The position numbers were made by a program, and so were the translations under genes. A stretch of 32,482 bases of DNA, taken from contig JAISOP010000110.1 of assembly GCA_031275525.1 (NCBI GenBank), positions 1 through 32,482 of the forward strand. Reading direction: 5' to 3'. Shown here piece by piece: positions 1-11,757 of this stretch (position 1 is its first letter; each line of letters starts with the position of its first letter). The stretch comes from Tannerella sp. (GTDB lineage Bacteria > Bacteroidota > Bacteroidia > Bacteroidales > Tannerellaceae). Under the pieces are notes generated by a model that was given only the letters and a program-made list of their open reading frames with translations, ran no database searches and was not told the origin of the DNA.

Positions 1-75
1 GGATGAAACTTCCTGTACTACTTTTTCCTTAAAACAAATACTGTACCGATTGTAAGTCCTTTCTCTTTTTGTCAT
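1..75 (-). CDS. IS3-family transposase OrfA-like protein, N-terminal 25 aa (continues past the window start)
   Basis: Manual translation MTKRERTYNRYSICFKEKVVQEVSS, open to the window edge; SD-like AGGAG upstream. Confidence 0.65.
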   Translation of the reverse strand, partial: MTKRERTYNRYSICFKEKVVQEVSS

Positions 76-119
76 ACTTTTTCTCCTTTTTGTCTGTATA
101 GCTATTTCAGGACAAGACA
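1..119 (-). mobile_element. Left end of a probable IS3-family insertion sequence (terminal inverted repeat plus start of OrfA), truncated by the window edge
   Basis: Minus strand begins TGTCTTGTCCTGAAATAGCTATACA (119-95), a TG-initiated end resembling Bacteroidetes IS3-type IRs. It is followed by AGGAG and an ATG at 75 opening MTKRERTYNRYSICFKEKVVQEVSS..., which resembles the 'RYSxxFKxxVV' start of IS3 OrfA HTH proteins. Confidence 0.7.
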
Positions 120-124
120 TCAAC

Positions 125-158
125 AAAAATCCCGCAAGCGCTATACCTGCGGGATTTT
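125..158 (-). terminator. Intrinsic terminator after rpoC (possibly bidirectional)
   Basis: AAAAATCCCGCA-N11-TGCGGGATTTT inverted repeat with A/T tracts on both sides, 36 bp past the rpoC stop. Confidence 0.8.
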
Positions 159-194
159 CCAGCCTTCAACAAACCCGTATATCGGGCATTTCTT

Positions 195-3100
195 CTATTT
201 CTTTAAATCAGCCAAGTTGGCGCCTTTACCGCTAACCCGCTCAAAATCTTCCTTCAGGCCGACGGTCAAGCGGTCGAACTCGCGTTGTCCGGTGCCGGCC
301 GGTATCAAGTGTCCGCAAATCACGTTTTCCTTCAAACCTTCCAGACGATCGGTCTTTCCACTAATGGCGGCTTCGTTCAGCACCTTGGTCGTTTCCTGGA
401 AGGATGCGGCCGACATGAAACTTGTCGTTTGCAGGGCCGTACGTGTGATTCCCTGCAGAATCTGATTCGTCGTGGCGGGGAAGGCATCACGCACTTCCAC
501 CGCTTTTTTATCGCGACGCTTGAGCATGCTGTTCTCGTCCCTGAGCTTGCGCACCGTCACGATCTGCCCGGCCTTCAGCGTTTGCGAGTCGCCGGCATTG
601 GTGACGACTTTCTTACCCCAGACACGGTCATTTTCTTCCATCGCTTCCAGTTTGTCCACCACCTGCTGTTCCAGAAAACGGGTATCGCCCGGGTCAACGA
701 TTTCGATCTTGCGCATCATTTGGCGCACAATGACTTCGAAATGCTTGTCGTTGATTTTTACGCCCTGCAGCCGGTAAACGTCCTGCACTTCATTGACGAT
801 GTATTCCTGCACGGAGGTCGGGCCTTTGATGGCCAGGATGTCAGCCGGCGTAATCGCTCCGTCGGACAGCGGCATTCCGGCGCGTACGTAGTCATTCTCC
901 TGCACCAGCAACTGCTTGGACAGCGGCACCATGTATTTCTTTACCTCGCCCAGCTTGGACGTTACGGTGACTTCACGGTTTCCGCGTTTGATTTTGCCGA
1001 AGCCTACCTCGCCGTCAATTTCGGATACAACGGCCGGGTTCGACGGGTTACGCGCTTCGAATAATTCGGTGACACGCGGCAAACCGCCGGTGATGTCGCC
1101 TGTCTTACCCACGGCACGCGGGATTTTCACCAGCACTTCGCCCGTCACGATGGATTCGTTCTGCTCTTTCACCACATGCGCACCCAGCGGCAACAAATAG
1201 GTTTTCAGGATGTTCTTTTTGGCATCCAGGATATGTGCTGCCGGCACTTTGGTCTTGTCTTTCGATTCAATGATGATCTTTTCCTTCAAACCGGTTGTTT
1301 CGTCGCTTTCCATTTTGTAGGTGACGTTTTCGATCATATTCTCGAACGAGAGTTTGCCGGACATTTCCGAGACAATCACCGCATTGAACGGGTCCCATTC
1401 AATGACCGTATCGCCCTTTTTCACTTCCTGTCCGCTGGTGAAATACAGTTTCGAGCCGTATGGAATATTGTGCGTATGCAATACAATCTTCGTATTGGGG
1501 TCCAGGATGCGCAACTCGGCCAAACGGCTGACCACGACCAGGCATTTATCCAGTTCCGATTCGACCGTACGCAATTCGTCTATTTCGATTACGCCGTCGA
1601 ATTTGGATACCAGGCCGCTTTCCGTCGCAATGTTCGACGCGATACCTCCCACGTGAAACGTCCGCAAGGTCAACTGCGTTCCCGGCTCGCCGATGGACTG
1701 CGCCGCCGTCACGCCGACCACTTCGCCTTTCTGTACCATTTGGTTGGTGGCCAGGTTACGTCCGTAGCATTTGGCGCAAACGCCTTTCTTGGACTCGCAC
1801 GTCAGCACCGAACGGATTTCCACACTTTCTATCGGCGATTCCTGTATCTTCCGCGCCGCGTCTTCGCGAATTTCATCCCCGGACAGTACAAGTGTCTCAC
1901 CCGTAATCGGATGGATGATGTCGTGAACGGAAACACGCCCGAGTATGCGTTCGTACAGCGAGGCGATGACTTCCTGATTGTTTTTCAATTCGGTGCAAAC
2001 CAGTCCGCGCAGGGTACCACAGTCTTCTTCGTTGACAATCACATCGTGCGATACGTCAACCAAACGACGCGTCAGGTATCCGGCGTCAGCCGTTTTCAGC
2101 GCCGTATCCGCCAAACCTTTACGGGCGCCGTGCGTGGAGATGAAGTACTCCAGCACCGACAATCCTTCCTTGAAGTTGGACAGAATCGGATTCTCAATGA
2201 TTTGCCCGCCTTCGGCGCCGCTCTTCTGGGGTTTGGCCATCAGGCCGCGCATGCCGGAGAGTTGGCGAATCTGTTCCTTCGAACCGCGCGCGCCGGAATC
2301 CATCATCATGAAGACCGAGTTGAAACCGTCGTTATCGGCGGTTAACTGGTCTATCAGCGTTTTGGACAACCGGCTGTTGACATGCGTCCATGCGTCGATA
2401 ATCTGGTTATATCGTTCGTTATAGGTGATGAAGCCCATGCTGTAGTTGGCCGTAATCTGCTCCACCTCATCATAGCCTTCCTTTACAAGTGCATCTTTTT
2501 CAGGCGGAATCAGCACGTCGGACAGGTTAAAGGACAAACCGCCCTTGAAAGCCATTTGATAGCCCAGGTTTTTGATGTCGTCCAAGAACTGGGCTGTCCG
2601 CGCAACGCCGCACTTTTTAATGACATCGCCGATGATGTCGCGCAACGCCTTCTTATCCCATACTTTATTGATGAATCCGACACCTCTGGGGACATATTCA
2701 TTGACCATCAAACGGCCTACGGAGGTATCCAGCAGTTCACGGGTGCCATTGCCGTCCACATCATTGACATATACCTTGATCGGCGCATGAATATCTACTT
2801 TTCGTTCGTAGTAGGCAATGTTTGCTTCTTCCGGGGCATAGAAAATCAATCCTTCACCCCGGACATTGGAACGGAGTTTGGTGATATAATACAATCCCAA
2901 CACCATGTCCTGCGAAGGCACCGTAATCGGCGCACCGTTAGCGGGATTTAAAATGTTGTGGGAGGCGAGCATCAGCATTTGCGCCTCCAGGATGGCTTCG
3001 TTGCCTAACGGCAAATGGACGGCCATTTGGTCGCCGTCGAAGTCGGCATTGAATGCCGTACAGGCCAGCGGATGCAATTGAATGGCCTTTCCTTCTATCA

Positions 3101-4451
3101 ATTTCGGCTGAAAGGCCTGTATGCCGAGACGGTGCAGCGTCGGTGCGCGGTTCAGCAACACCGGATGCCCTTTCATCACGTATTCCAGGATATCCCATAC
3201 GACCGGCTCCTTACGGTCCACGATTTTCTTTGCCGATTTGACGGTCTTCACAATCCCGCGTTCAATCAGTTTACGGATAACAAAAGGCTTATAAAGCTCG
3301 GCCGCCATGTCTTTGGGCAAACCGCACTCGTGCATTTTCAGTTCCGGGCCGACCACAATCACCGAACGTGCAGAGTAGTCCACCCGCTTGCCCAGCAGAT
3401 TCTGACGGAAACGTCCCTGTTTCCCCTTCAAACTATCGGACAGGGATTTCAGCAGGCGGTTGGCATCGGTCTTGACGGCACTTGATTTGCGGGAATTATC
3501 GAACAGCGAGTCAACGGCTTCCTGCAACATGCGCTTCTCATTGCGCAGGATCACCTCCGGCGCCTTGATGTCAATCAGCCGTTTGAGGCGGTTGTTGCGA
3601 ATGATGACGCGGCGGTACAAATCATTCAAGTCGGAGGTCGCAAAACGTCCTCCGTCCAGCGGCACCAACGGACGCAATTCCGGCGGAATCACCGGCACGA
3701 CCTTGATAATCATCCATTCGGGTTTGTTCCTCCCCTTGGAGGCACGGAACGACTCAACCACCTGCAGGCGTTTCAGCGCCTCGTTCTTGCGTTGCTGGGA
3801 GGTATCGGTCATGGCGTGGTGGCGCAAGTTGTAGGACAGCGAATCCAAATCCAGCCGCGCCAGCAAATCATACACCGCTTCCGCGCCGATTTTGGCGATG
3901 AACTTGTTGGGATCGGTATCTTCGAGCAACTGGTTGTCTTTCGGTAAGCCGTCCATAATCAGCAGATATTCCTCTTCCGAGAGTAAATCCAGTTCAACCT
4001 GCGTACTGACGCATCCCGGCTGAATCACGACGTAGCGCTCGTAGTAGATAATCGCATCTAACTTTTTGGTCGGCAGCCCCAGCAGGTATCCGATTTTGTT
4101 GGGCAGCGAACGGAAATACCATATATGCGCCACGGGAACGACCAGATGAATGTGTCCCATGCGTTCGCGGCGCACTTTCTTTTCGGTCACCTCCACGCCG
4201 CAACGGTCACAGACAATGCCCTTGTAGCGAATGCGCTTGTATTTCCCGCAATAACACTCGTAGTTTTTCACCGGCCCGAAGATACGCTCGCAAAACAAAC
4301 CGTCGCGTTCCGGTTTGTACGTACGATAGTTAATCGTTTCCGGCTTCAACACCTCACCGCTCGAATTTTCCAGAATCTCTTCGGGAGAGGCCAGTCCGAT
4401 ACTTATCTTGGTGAAGTTACTCTTTACCTTGTTTTCTTTTCTAAAAGCCAT
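195..4451 (-). CDS. rpoC: DNA-directed RNA polymerase subunit beta'
   Basis: 1418 aa; NADFDGD active-site motif, N-terminal Zn finger, position after rpoB. Confidence 0.99.
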   Translation of the reverse strand: MAFRKENKVKSNFTKISIGLASPEEILENSSGEVLKPETINYRTYKPERDGLFCERIFGPVKNYECYCGKYKRIRYKGIVCDRCGVEVTEKKVRRERMGHIHLVVPVAHIWYFRSLPNKIGYLLGLPTKKLDAIIYYERYVVIQPGCVSTQVELDLLSEEEYLLIMDGLPKDNQLLEDTDPNKFIAKIGAEAVYDLLARLDLDSLSYNLRHHAMTDTSQQRKNEALKRLQVVESFRASKGRNKPEWMIIKVVPVIPPELRPLVPLDGGRFATSDLNDLYRRVIIRNNRLKRLIDIKAPEVILRNEKRMLQEAVDSLFDNSRKSSAVKTDANRLLKSLSDSLKGKQGRFRQNLLGKRVDYSARSVIVVGPELKMHECGLPKDMAAELYKPFVIRKLIERGIVKTVKSAKKIVDRKEPVVWDILEYVMKGHPVLLNRAPTLHRLGIQAFQPKLIEGKAIQLHPLACTAFNADFDGDQMAVHLPLGNEAILEAQMLMLASHNILNPANGAPITVPSQDMVLGLYYITKLRSNVRGEGLIFYAPEEANIAYYERKVDIHAPIKVYVNDVDGNGTRELLDTSVGRLMVNEYVPRGVGFINKVWDKKALRDIIGDVIKKCGVARTAQFLDDIKNLGYQMAFKGGLSFNLSDVLIPPEKDALVKEGYDEVEQITANYSMGFITYNERYNQIIDAWTHVNSRLSKTLIDQLTADNDGFNSVFMMMDSGARGSKEQIRQLSGMRGLMAKPQKSGAEGGQIIENPILSNFKEGLSVLEYFISTHGARKGLADTALKTADAGYLTRRLVDVSHDVIVNEEDCGTLRGLVCTELKNNQEVIASLYERILGRVSVHDIIHPITGETLVLSGDEIREDAARKIQESPIESVEIRSVLTCESKKGVCAKCYGRNLATNQMVQKGEVVGVTAAQSIGEPGTQLTLRTFHVGGIASNIATESGLVSKFDGVIEIDELRTVESELDKCLVVVSRLAELRILDPNTKIVLHTHNIPYGSKLYFTSGQEVKKGDTVIEWDPFNAVIVSEMSGKLSFENMIENVTYKMESDETTGLKEKIIIESKDKTKVPAAHILDAKKNILKTYLLPLGAHVVKEQNESIVTGEVLVKIPRAVGKTGDITGGLPRVTELFEARNPSNPAVVSEIDGEVGFGKIKRGNREVTVTSKLGEVKKYMVPLSKQLLVQENDYVRAGMPLSDGAITPADILAIKGPTSVQEYIVNEVQDVYRLQGVKINDKHFEVIVRQMMRKIEIVDPGDTRFLEQQVVDKLEAMEENDRVWGKKVVTNAGDSQTLKAGQIVTVRKLRDENSMLKRRDKKAVEVRDAFPATTNQILQGITRTALQTTSFMSAASFQETTKVLNEAAISGKTDRLEGLKENVICGHLIPAGTGQREFDRLTVGLKEDFERVSGKGANLADLKK

Positions 4452-4483
4452 CTTGTTCTGTTTAGTAATGAAAGATTTGTGAC

Positions 4484-4643
4484 ATATAACGGTTTAAAGG
4501 ACAAGGCGAACGGTGTTCGCACAATACCAGCGCTAGCGCGTATGGCGCACTACGTTAGTGCATGTGGTACACCAACGCCGGTGCAACTTTAGTTGCTGAC
4601 TTGCATACGGTTATACTTGTTCTGTCCGCAGAAACCGTTATAT
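4484..4643. repeat. Structured intergenic element: perfect 12-bp terminal inverted repeat enclosing several short hairpins
   Basis: ATATAACGGTTT (4484-4495) / AAACCGTTATAT (4632-4643); internal hairpins at 4506-4520, 4524-4543, 4547-4561, 4583-4596. Confidence 0.75.
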
Positions 4644-4682
4644 CCTGTTTGTTCCGCACCACTTGGTTTATAAAGCGTTCGT

Positions 4683-7600
4683 TTATTCTAACGTGAGGCT
4701 CAGACAGAGACCCTGCAGTTCATGCAGCAATACATTCAGCGATTCCGGAATACCAGGTTGCATCATGGTTTCGCCCTTGACGATTGCTTCGTAGGCTTTA
4801 GAACGCCCGACCACGTCGTCCGACTTGATGGTCAGGATTTCCTGCAGGACGTGTGCCGCGCCGAAAGCTTCCAAAGCCCAGACTTCCATCTCTCCGAAGC
4901 GCTGTCCGCCAAACTGGGCTTTACCTCCCAACGGCTGCTGCGTAATCAGCGAGTAGGGGCCAATGGAACGCGCGTGCATCTTGTCTTCGACCATGTGTCC
5001 GAGTTTCAGGAAGTAAGTCACGCCGACGGTCGCCGCCTGGTCAAACCGTTCGCCCGTTCCGCCGTCGTAGAGGTAGGTCTTGCCATAGCGCGGCAGTTTG
5101 GCTTTGTCCGTCCATTCGTTCAAATCGTCAATCGAAGCGCCATCGAAAATGGGCGACGCAAATTTCACATTCAACTTCTGTCCTGCCCATCCTAATACGG
5201 CTTCGAAGATTTGTCCGAGATTCATGCGCGAAGGCACCCCCAACGGATTCAGGCAGATATCTACCGGTGTTCCGTCTGCAAGGAACGGCATGTCTTCCTG
5301 ACGCACAATCTTCGAAACAATGCCTTTGTTTCCGTGGCGTCCGGCCATTTTGTCCCCCACCTGAATCTTGCGTTTCTTGGCAATATAGACTTTGGCTATC
5401 TGCACGATGCCTGTCGGCAGTTCATCCCCTATCGTCAGGTCGAACTTTTTCCGACGCAGTTCCGCATCCAGTTCCTTATATCTCTTCAGATAATTACCAA
5501 TCAATTTCTTAATCAGTTCATTCTTATGCGCATCCGTGGTCCACTTGCTGATTTGCACAACATTATAGTCCATCTCCTCCAGCGCCTTCCGCGTGAATTT
5601 GGATCCTCGGGGAATCACATCCGTATTCAGGTAATCTTTCACTCCCTGCGAGGTCTTTCCACTGGTCAGGAGGAGCAACTTTTCAATCAGGGTACTTTTC
5701 AACCCGGTGATTTTCTTTTCGTACTCCTCATCCAGCCTCGGCAACACGGCTTTGTCCATCAAACGAGTCGTCTTTTTCTTGACATTCTTGAAAAAGAGAC
5801 TTGTATCAATCACCACGCCATGCAACGAAGGTGTGGCTTTTAAAGATGCGTCCTTTACATCCCCGGCTTTGTCTCCGAAGATAGCACGCAACAGTTTTTC
5901 CTCCGGAGACGGGTCGGATTCTCCCTTCGGCGTAATCTTTCCAATCAGAATGTCGCCCGGTTCGACATGGGCGCCGACACGAATAATGCCTCGCTCATCC
6001 AAATTCCGGATAGCCTCTTCGCTGACGTTCGGGATATCGGATGTCAATTCTTCCATACCACGCTTGGTTTCACGCACTTCCAGAATATATTCATCCACGT
6101 GTACCGAAGTAAAGAAGTCTTCGCGAACCATTCGTTCGTTCAAGACAATCGCATCCTCATAATTGTACCCCTTCCAGGGCATGTAAGCCACTTTCACGTT
6201 CCGTCCCAGCGCAAGTTCACCGTTTTGGATAGAATATCCTTCTGTCAGGATGTCGCCGACGTTTACCCGCTGTCCAGCCCGGCAGACCGGCTGCAAGTCC
6301 ACCGTCGTACTTTGGTTGGTCTTGCGCCATTTGGGGATTTGATATGTTTTCAGAGAGTCCTCGAAACTGACAAATTCCTCATCTTCCGTACGGTCATATT
6401 TAATTTTGATACAAGTGGCATCCACATACACAATTTCGCCATCGCCTTCAGCAATGATTTGCGTACGCGAATCGCGCGCCACCTGTCCTTCGATACCGGT
6501 CCCGACAATAGGCGCATCCGTGCGGATCAGCGGCACGGCCTGACGCATCATATTCGAGCCCATCAGGGCGCGGTTCGCGTCATCATGTTCGAGGAACGGA
6601 ATCAGCGAAGCGGCGATGGAAGCAATCTGCGTCGGCGAGACGTCCATCAGGTTCACCTGGCTGGGGTCTACCACCGGGAAATCGGCTTCATAGCGCGATT
6701 TCACCTTGTCGCGGATAAATCTCCCATTGTTGTCCAAGGGCGCATTGCCTTGAGCGACAATTTTGTCTTCCTCTTCTTCCGCCGTATAGTAGGACAATGC
6801 CTCCCCCGTGAAAAGGACACGTCCGTTTTCCACCTTACGGTAAGGCGTCGCAATAAATCCCAAATCGTTGATCTTGGCATACACGCACAACGACGAAATC
6901 AACCCGATGTTCGGACCTTCCGGTGTTTCAATCGGACAAAGGCGTCCGTAATGCGTATAATGTACATCACGCACCTCAAATCCGGCACGTTCGCGCGACA
7001 AACCGCCCGGCCCCAAGGCCGACAGACGGCGCTTGTGTGTGATTTCCGCCAGCGGATTGGTCTGGTCCATGAACTGCGACAGGGCATTCGTTCCGAAGAA
7101 GGAATTGACTACCGACGAAATAGTTTTGGCATTAATCAGGTCAATCGGGGTAAAGACTTCGTTATCGCGCACATTCATTCGCTCGCGAACGGTACGCGAC
7201 ATCCGCGCCAGCCCAATGCCAAACTGGTTGTAAAGTTGCTCGCCCACTGTCCGCACGCGGCGGTTGCTCAAGTGGTCAATGTCGTCCACCACGGCTTTGG
7301 AGTTAATCAATTCAATCAGATATTTGATAATCTCGATGATGTCTTCCTTCGTCAAGACTTTGATGTCTTCGCTGATGGTCAGGTTCAGTTTCCGGTTGAT
7401 GCGGAAGCGCCCGACGTCGCCGAGGTCATACCGTTTTTCCGAGAAAAACAAGTTCGTAATCACCTCGCGTGCACTAGCCTCGTCCGCCGGTTCGGCATTC
7501 CTCAACTGCCGATAGATGTACAATATGGCTTCTTTCTCCGAGTTACTCGGATCTTTCTGTAGCGTATTGTAAATAATCGCATAATCGGACATGTTCTGGT

Positions 7601-8495
7601 CTTCGCGATGCAGGAGGATGTACTGGGTGCCGGAATCGAGAATGGCGTCGATATTTTCGGTATCCAGCGTGGATTCGCGGTCAATCACGACATCATTCCG
7701 TTCGATGGAAACGACCTCACCCGTATCCTCGTCCACAAAGTCTTCCACCCAGGTTTTCAACACACGGGCAGCCAGCCTGCGTCCGACATATCTCTTCATA
7801 TTCGCCTTCGTGACTTTGATTTCTTCCGCCAAGTTAAAAATTTCAAGAATATCCTTGTCGCTTTCGAAGCCGATGGCACGCAAAAGAGTGGTCACCGGAA
7901 GTTTTTTCTTGCGATCGATATACGCATACATCACGTTGTTGATATCCGTCGCAAACTCAATCCACGAGCCTTTGAACGGTATAATCCGCGCGGAATAGAG
8001 TTTAGTCCCATTTGCATGGGTACTCTGACCGAAAAACACGCCCGGCGAACGGTGCAACTGGGAAACAACAACCCGTTCGGCGCCATTAATCACAAAGGTA
8101 CCTCTTTCCGTCATGTAGGGGATGGGCCCTAAATAGACATCCTGAATCACGGTGTCGAAGTCTTCATGGTCAGGGTCTGTACAGTACAGTTTCAATTTAG
8201 CTTTCAGCGGTACGCTATACGTTAATCCACGCGCGATACACTCCTCAATAGTGTACCGCGGAGGGTCGATATAGTAATCCAAAAACTCCAGCACAAAATT
8301 ATTGCGCGTATCCGCGATGGGGAAGTTTTCGGCAAAAACCTTGTACAATCCCTCCTTTTTTCTTTTTTCAGGCGGGGTATCAAGTTGAAGAAAGTCTTGA
8401 AATGACTTCAATTGTACTTCGAGAAAATCCGGATAAGGCAGGAAATTCTTGGTCGAAGCAAAATTAATTCTTTGGATTTCAGTTGTTGAAGACAT
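4683..8495 (-). CDS. rpoB: DNA-directed RNA polymerase subunit beta
   Basis: 1270 aa; [26 protein letters not shown] and [10 protein letters not shown] motifs. Confidence 0.99.
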   Translation of the reverse strand: MSSTTEIQRINFASTKNFLPYPDFLEVQLKSFQDFLQLDTPPEKRKKEGLYKVFAENFPIADTRNNFVLEFLDYYIDPPRYTIEECIARGLTYSVPLKAKLKLYCTDPDHEDFDTVIQDVYLGPIPYMTERGTFVINGAERVVVSQLHRSPGVFFGQSTHANGTKLYSARIIPFKGSWIEFATDINNVMYAYIDRKKKLPVTTLLRAIGFESDKDILEIFNLAEEIKVTKANMKRYVGRRLAARVLKTWVEDFVDEDTGEVVSIERNDVVIDRESTLDTENIDAILDSGTQYILLHREDQNMSDYAIIYNTLQKDPSNSEKEAILYIYRQLRNAEPADEASAREVITNLFFSEKRYDLGDVGRFRINRKLNLTISEDIKVLTKEDIIEIIKYLIELINSKAVVDDIDHLSNRRVRTVGEQLYNQFGIGLARMSRTVRERMNVRDNEVFTPIDLINAKTISSVVNSFFGTNALSQFMDQTNPLAEITHKRRLSALGPGGLSRERAGFEVRDVHYTHYGRLCPIETPEGPNIGLISSLCVYAKINDLGFIATPYRKVENGRVLFTGEALSYYTAEEEEDKIVAQGNAPLDNNGRFIRDKVKSRYEADFPVVDPSQVNLMDVSPTQIASIAASLIPFLEHDDANRALMGSNMMRQAVPLIRTDAPIVGTGIEGQVARDSRTQIIAEGDGEIVYVDATCIKIKYDRTEDEEFVSFEDSLKTYQIPKWRKTNQSTTVDLQPVCRAGQRVNVGDILTEGYSIQNGELALGRNVKVAYMPWKGYNYEDAIVLNERMVREDFFTSVHVDEYILEVRETKRGMEELTSDIPNVSEEAIRNLDERGIIRVGAHVEPGDILIGKITPKGESDPSPEEKLLRAIFGDKAGDVKDASLKATPSLHGVVIDTSLFFKNVKKKTTRLMDKAVLPRLDEEYEKKITGLKSTLIEKLLLLTSGKTSQGVKDYLNTDVIPRGSKFTRKALEEMDYNVVQISKWTTDAHKNELIKKLIGNYLKRYKELDAELRRKKFDLTIGDELPTGIVQIAKVYIAKKRKIQVGDKMAGRHGNKGIVSKIVRQEDMPFLADGTPVDICLNPLGVPSRMNLGQIFEAVLGWAGQKLNVKFASPIFDGASIDDLNEWTDKAKLPRYGKTYLYDGGTGERFDQAATVGVTYFLKLGHMVEDKMHARSIGPYSLITQQPLGGKAQFGGQRFGEMEVWALEAFGAAHVLQEILTIKSDDVVGRSKAYEAIVKGETMMQPGIPESLNVLLHELQGLCLSLTLE

Positions 8496-8539
8496 TTAGT
8501 TTAGGAATTATTTTGAACTTCATATTAGAGAATAGACAC

Positions 8540-8579
8540 AAAAAGGCTAAGAATCTCCTGCAAAGGGAGATTCTTAACC
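8540..8579 (-). terminator. Terminator/attenuator hairpin between rplL and rpoB
   Basis: Minus strand GGTTAAGAATCTCCCT-TTGC-AGGAGATTCTTAGCC followed by TTTTT; same position as the E. coli rplL-rpoB attenuator. Confidence 0.75.
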
Positions 8580-8606
8580 AATCACCTGCATAACAGGCCA
8601 TAGAGA

Positions 8607-8981
8607 CTATTTAAGCTCAACTTCAGCTCCAGCTTCTTCCAAACTTTTCTTCAGAGACTCTGCCTCCGCTTTCGCGATACCTTCTTTGATATTACTCGGA
8701 GCGCTGTCGACCAAATCTTTCGCTTCTTTCAAGCCGAGACCTGTCAATTCCTTAACCAACTTAACGATTGCCAATTTATTGGCACCAATCGCTTTCAATA
8801 CGACATCGAAAGAAGTTTTTTCTTCCTCTACCGGTGCGGCAATGGCCGGGCCTGCTGCCACTGCAACGGCTGCGGCTGCGGGTTCAATGCCATATTCGTC
8901 CTTCAGGATTTTTGTTAATTCACTCACTTCTTTTACGGTAAGACTTACCAATTGTTCTGCAAAAGCTTTCAAATCTGCCAT
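8607..8981 (-). CDS. rplL: 50S ribosomal protein L7/L12
   Basis: 124 aa; Ala-rich hinge, [20 protein letters not shown]. Confidence 0.99.
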   Translation of the reverse strand: MADLKAFAEQLVSLTVKEVSELTKILKDEYGIEPAAAAVAVAAGPAIAAPVEEEKTSFDVVLKAIGANKLAIVKLVKELTGLGLKEAKDLVDSAPSNIKEGIAKAEAESLKKSLEEAGAEVELK

Positions 8982-9025
8982 TTTTGTATGATTTATAATG
9001 TTTGTTATTCTATTGATTTAAAAAA

Positions 9026-9550
9026 TTATCTCTCCTCAAGAGTCTTCAAAATACCATGTATTGTCTGTCCGCCGGACGAAAGAGCCGATATCACATTCCT
9101 GACAGGCGACTGTAGCAAGCTGACCACGTCGGCTATCATTTCTTCTCTGCTCTTCAAGTTCACCAAAGCATCCAGATTTTCAACCCCGACATAGAAAGTC
9201 TCTTGCACATAGGCGGCTTTCAGGCGGGGCTTGGCGTCACCTTTGATTCCCTTGGTAAAGTCCTTGATTAGGCGCGCCGGAGCGTTTATCACGGTCGAAA
9301 ACATCACAGCCGTACTGCCTTTCAGGGTGTCGTACAGCGGCGAGAAATCGCTCCCTGCGTTCTCCAGCGCTTTTTTAAACAGGGTATTTTTAACAACTAC
9401 CAGTTTAATGTCTTTCTTGAAACAGGCTCTTCTTAATGCGCCGGTTTTCGAGGCGTCCAGCGCTTCGATGTCCGTCAGATAGAAGTGGCCATATTTCTGC
9501 AACTGCTCCGATAATTGTCCGATGATTACGCTTTTATCTTCCTTCTTCAT
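9026..9550 (-). CDS. rplJ: 50S ribosomal protein L10
   Basis: 174 aa; VVKNTL motif; between rplA and rplL. Confidence 0.98.
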   Translation of the reverse strand: MKKEDKSVIIGQLSEQLQKYGHFYLTDIEALDASKTGALRRACFKKDIKLVVVKNTLFKKALENAGSDFSPLYDTLKGSTAVMFSTVINAPARLIKDFTKGIKGDAKPRLKAAYVQETFYVGVENLDALVNLKSREEMIADVVSLLQSPVRNVISALSSGGQTIHGILKTLEER

Positions 9551-9569
9551 GTTTAATCCTTTTTAGTGA

Positions 9570-10265
9570 TTAGTTTTCGACTGATTTGGGGTCAATTTTA
9601 ATACCCGGACTCATCGTACTTGAAAGATAAACACTCTTTATATACGTGCCTTTCGCCGCAGATGGCTTGAGTTTGACTAGCGTGGAAACAAATTCCTTCA
9701 CATTGTCAAAAATCTGGTCTGGCTGGAAAGATACTTTGCCGACGGAAGTGTGCACAATACCGGCTTTATCGACTTTAAAATCAATTTTACCCTGTTTCAC
9801 TTCCTTCACGGCCTGACCTACTTCATTCGTTACCGTTCCGCTCTTGGGGTTCGGCATCAGGCCGCGAGGGCCTAAGATACGTCCCAAGGCACCAATTTTT
9901 CCCATAATGGATGGCATGGTGATGATGATATCAACGTCGGTCCAGCCGCCTTTGATTTTATCAATATATTCATCCAAACCGACGTAATCGGCACCCGCCT
10001 CGCTGGCTTCGGCCTCTTTATCAGGGGAACATAATACAAGAACCCTCACCTGTTTACCAGTTCCATGGGGAAGCGATACAACGCCCCTCACCATTTGATT
10101 GGCTTTACGGGGATCCACACCCAGACGGACATCCACATCAACCGAAGCGTCGAATTTGGTGGTAGCTATTTCTTTCACCAGTGCCGAGGCTTCTCTCAAT
10201 GTATACGTTTTTCCGTTTTCGAGTTTTACCAAAGCCAATTTTTGATTTTTTGTTAATTTACTCAT
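9570..10265 (-). CDS. rplA: 50S ribosomal protein L1
   Basis: Start placed at MSKLTKNQ (10265); [15 protein letters not shown] and [11 protein letters not shown] motifs. Confidence 0.98.
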   Translation of the reverse strand: MSKLTKNQKLALVKLENGKTYTLREASALVKEIATTKFDASVDVDVRLGVDPRKANQMVRGVVSLPHGTGKQVRVLVLCSPDKEAEASEAGADYVGLDEYIDKIKGGWTDVDIIITMPSIMGKIGALGRILGPRGLMPNPKSGTVTNEVGQAVKEVKQGKIDFKVDKAGIVHTSVGKVSFQPDQIFDNVKEFVSTLVKLKPSAAKGTYIKSVYLSSTMSPGIKIDPKSVEN

Positions 10266-10281
10266 CGCAAGTGACATTTAG

Positions 10282-10725
10282 TTAGTTCGTTTCCGGGAAT
10301 GTCCCAGTGACTGTAATCCCCATGCTCCGAGCCGTCCCGGCCACCATCTTCATGGCTGAGTCAAGCGTGAAACAATTCAGGTCGACCATTTTGTCCGTCG
10401 CTATGGCCCTCACCGTATCCCAAGTGATTTGTGCCACTTTTTTACGGTTGGGTTGCGCCGAGCCGCCTTTCAGTTTGGCCGCTTCCATCAACTGGACGAC
10501 TACCGGAGGCGTTTTTACGACAAAATCAAACGTCTTGTCAGCATAGTAAGTGATTACCACAGGTAATACCTTACCGGCCTGATCCTGAGTTCTGGCATTG
10601 TATTGCTTGCAAAACTCCATGATGTTAATTCCTTTCGAGCCTAATGCCGGCCCTACCGGGGGAGAAGGGTTTGCGGCTCCTCCTTTGATCTGTAATTTAA
10701 TTTGTCCTGCAACTTCTTTTGCCAT
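10282..10725 (-). CDS. rplK: 50S ribosomal protein L11
   Basis: Start placed at [12 protein letters not shown] (10725); [12 protein letters not shown] motif. Confidence 0.98.
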   Translation of the reverse strand: MAKEVAGQIKLQIKGGAANPSPPVGPALGSKGINIMEFCKQYNARTQDQAGKVLPVVITYYADKTFDFVVKTPPVVVQLMEAAKLKGGSAQPNRKKVAQITWDTVRAIATDKMVDLNCFTLDSAMKMVAGTARSMGITVTGTFPETN

Positions 10726-10790
10726 TTTTCCAACATTGTTATTATATAATAAATATACAGAGAAGTGAAGCATCGTCCGTAACAACCATC

Positions 10791-11333
10791 CTATTCCTTC
10801 TCTACTTGTACATAACTTAATTCAAGCGGCGTTTTCCGTCCAAAGATTTTAACGATCACTTTCAGTTTCTTTTTCTCGGCATTGACTTCTTCTATCACTC
10901 CACTGAAACCGTTGAAAGGCCCAAAGACCACTTTCACGTTTTCACCCGCATAGTATTGAACATTCAGTTCATCCGTTTGCTCCTGCCGCTCGTCAACCGT
11001 GCCCAAGACACGGTTGACTTCTGCCGGACGCAAAGGCACCGGATTCTCCAACCCGCCCAAAAAACCGATGACATTCGGTATTTGGCGCAGACGATGGGCC
11101 ACTTCTCCGACCAAGTTGGCTTCCACCAATACGTACCCAGGCAAGTAGGCGCGTTCTTTCATCACCTTTTTCCCGTTACGCATAGTGAAAGTTTTTTCCG
11201 TCGGAATCAACACTTGGGATACGTATTCCCCCAAATCCGAATTTTTTATCTCGGCCTCCAGATATTCGCGTACCTTATTTTCCTTGCCGCTGATGGCACG
11301 GAGCACATAGAACTTATGCTGAGAATCCGACAT
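10791..11333 (-). CDS. nusG: Transcription termination/antitermination factor NusG
   Basis: 180 aa; NGN domain (YLPGYVLV) and KOW domain (GPFNGFSG...[10 protein letters not shown]). Confidence 0.98.
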   Translation of the reverse strand: MSDSQHKFYVLRAISGKENKVREYLEAEIKNSDLGEYVSQVLIPTEKTFTMRNGKKVMKERAYLPGYVLVEANLVGEVAHRLRQIPNVIGFLGGLENPVPLRPAEVNRVLGTVDERQEQTDELNVQYYAGENVKVVFGPFNGFSGVIEEVNAEKKKLKVIVKIFGRKTPLELSYVQVEKE

Positions 11334-11358
11334 TACCGATAGCCTTAACAGTCATATT

Positions 11359-11544
11359 CTAATAGATGAAATTAATCACCCTTTCAAATACGAAGTCGAT
11401 TACGAAAACAAGCACTGCTATGATAAGGGAAGCAAACATAACCACGACAGCACTACTGGACAACTCTTTACGTGTAGGCCAGGAAACTTTATGTACAAGC
11501 TCGTTATAAGAGTCTCTGAAATATGCAACGATCTGTTTCATCAT
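11359..11544 (-). CDS. secE: Preprotein translocase subunit SecE
   Basis: 61 aa; ELVHKVSWPT motif plus one TM helix; between tRNA-Trp and nusG. Confidence 0.95.
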   Translation of the reverse strand: MMKQIVAYFRDSYNELVHKVSWPTRKELSSSAVVVMFASLIIAVLVFVIDFVFERVINFIY

Positions 11545-11557
11545 TTGTTATTTATAG

Positions 11558-11630
11558 CACGGAAGGAGAGGCTCGAACTCCCGACAGCCGGTTTTGGAGA
11601 CCGGTACTCTACCAACTGAGCTACTTCCGT
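11558..11630 (-). tRNA. tRNA-Trp (CCA)
   Basis: ACGGAAG...CTTCCGTG acceptor stem, anticodon loop CTCCAAA, GTTCGAG T-loop; 73 nt; CCA end not encoded. Confidence 0.97.
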
Positions 11631-11757
11631 GAATAGTAGCCGGCTCTTCGGAACCAGCTACCTAAAAATCGATTGTTTCACCTTTAAATAAATACACACA
11701 CCTCCATGCCTGCCAGAACGTCAAACGTTCAAATCCAGCACTTCAGATGTCTTTATC

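Noticed and set aside
4125-4592. ORF running into the rpoB-rpoC intergenic element
   Set aside because: Mostly antisense to the rpoC 5' end; no protein-like features.
217-8132. Many long antisense ORFs over rpoB/rpoC (e.g. 1176-2345, 5967-7562) and similar ones over tuf, dapL, amtB, asnA and the S-layer genes
   Set aside because: Shadow frames of well-supported genes caused by codon bias; no recognisable motifs.
11636-11661. Hairpin between tuf and tRNA-Trp as a separate ncRNA
   Set aside because: A short single stem-loop just upstream of the tRNA, more simply a transcript-processing or stability stem.
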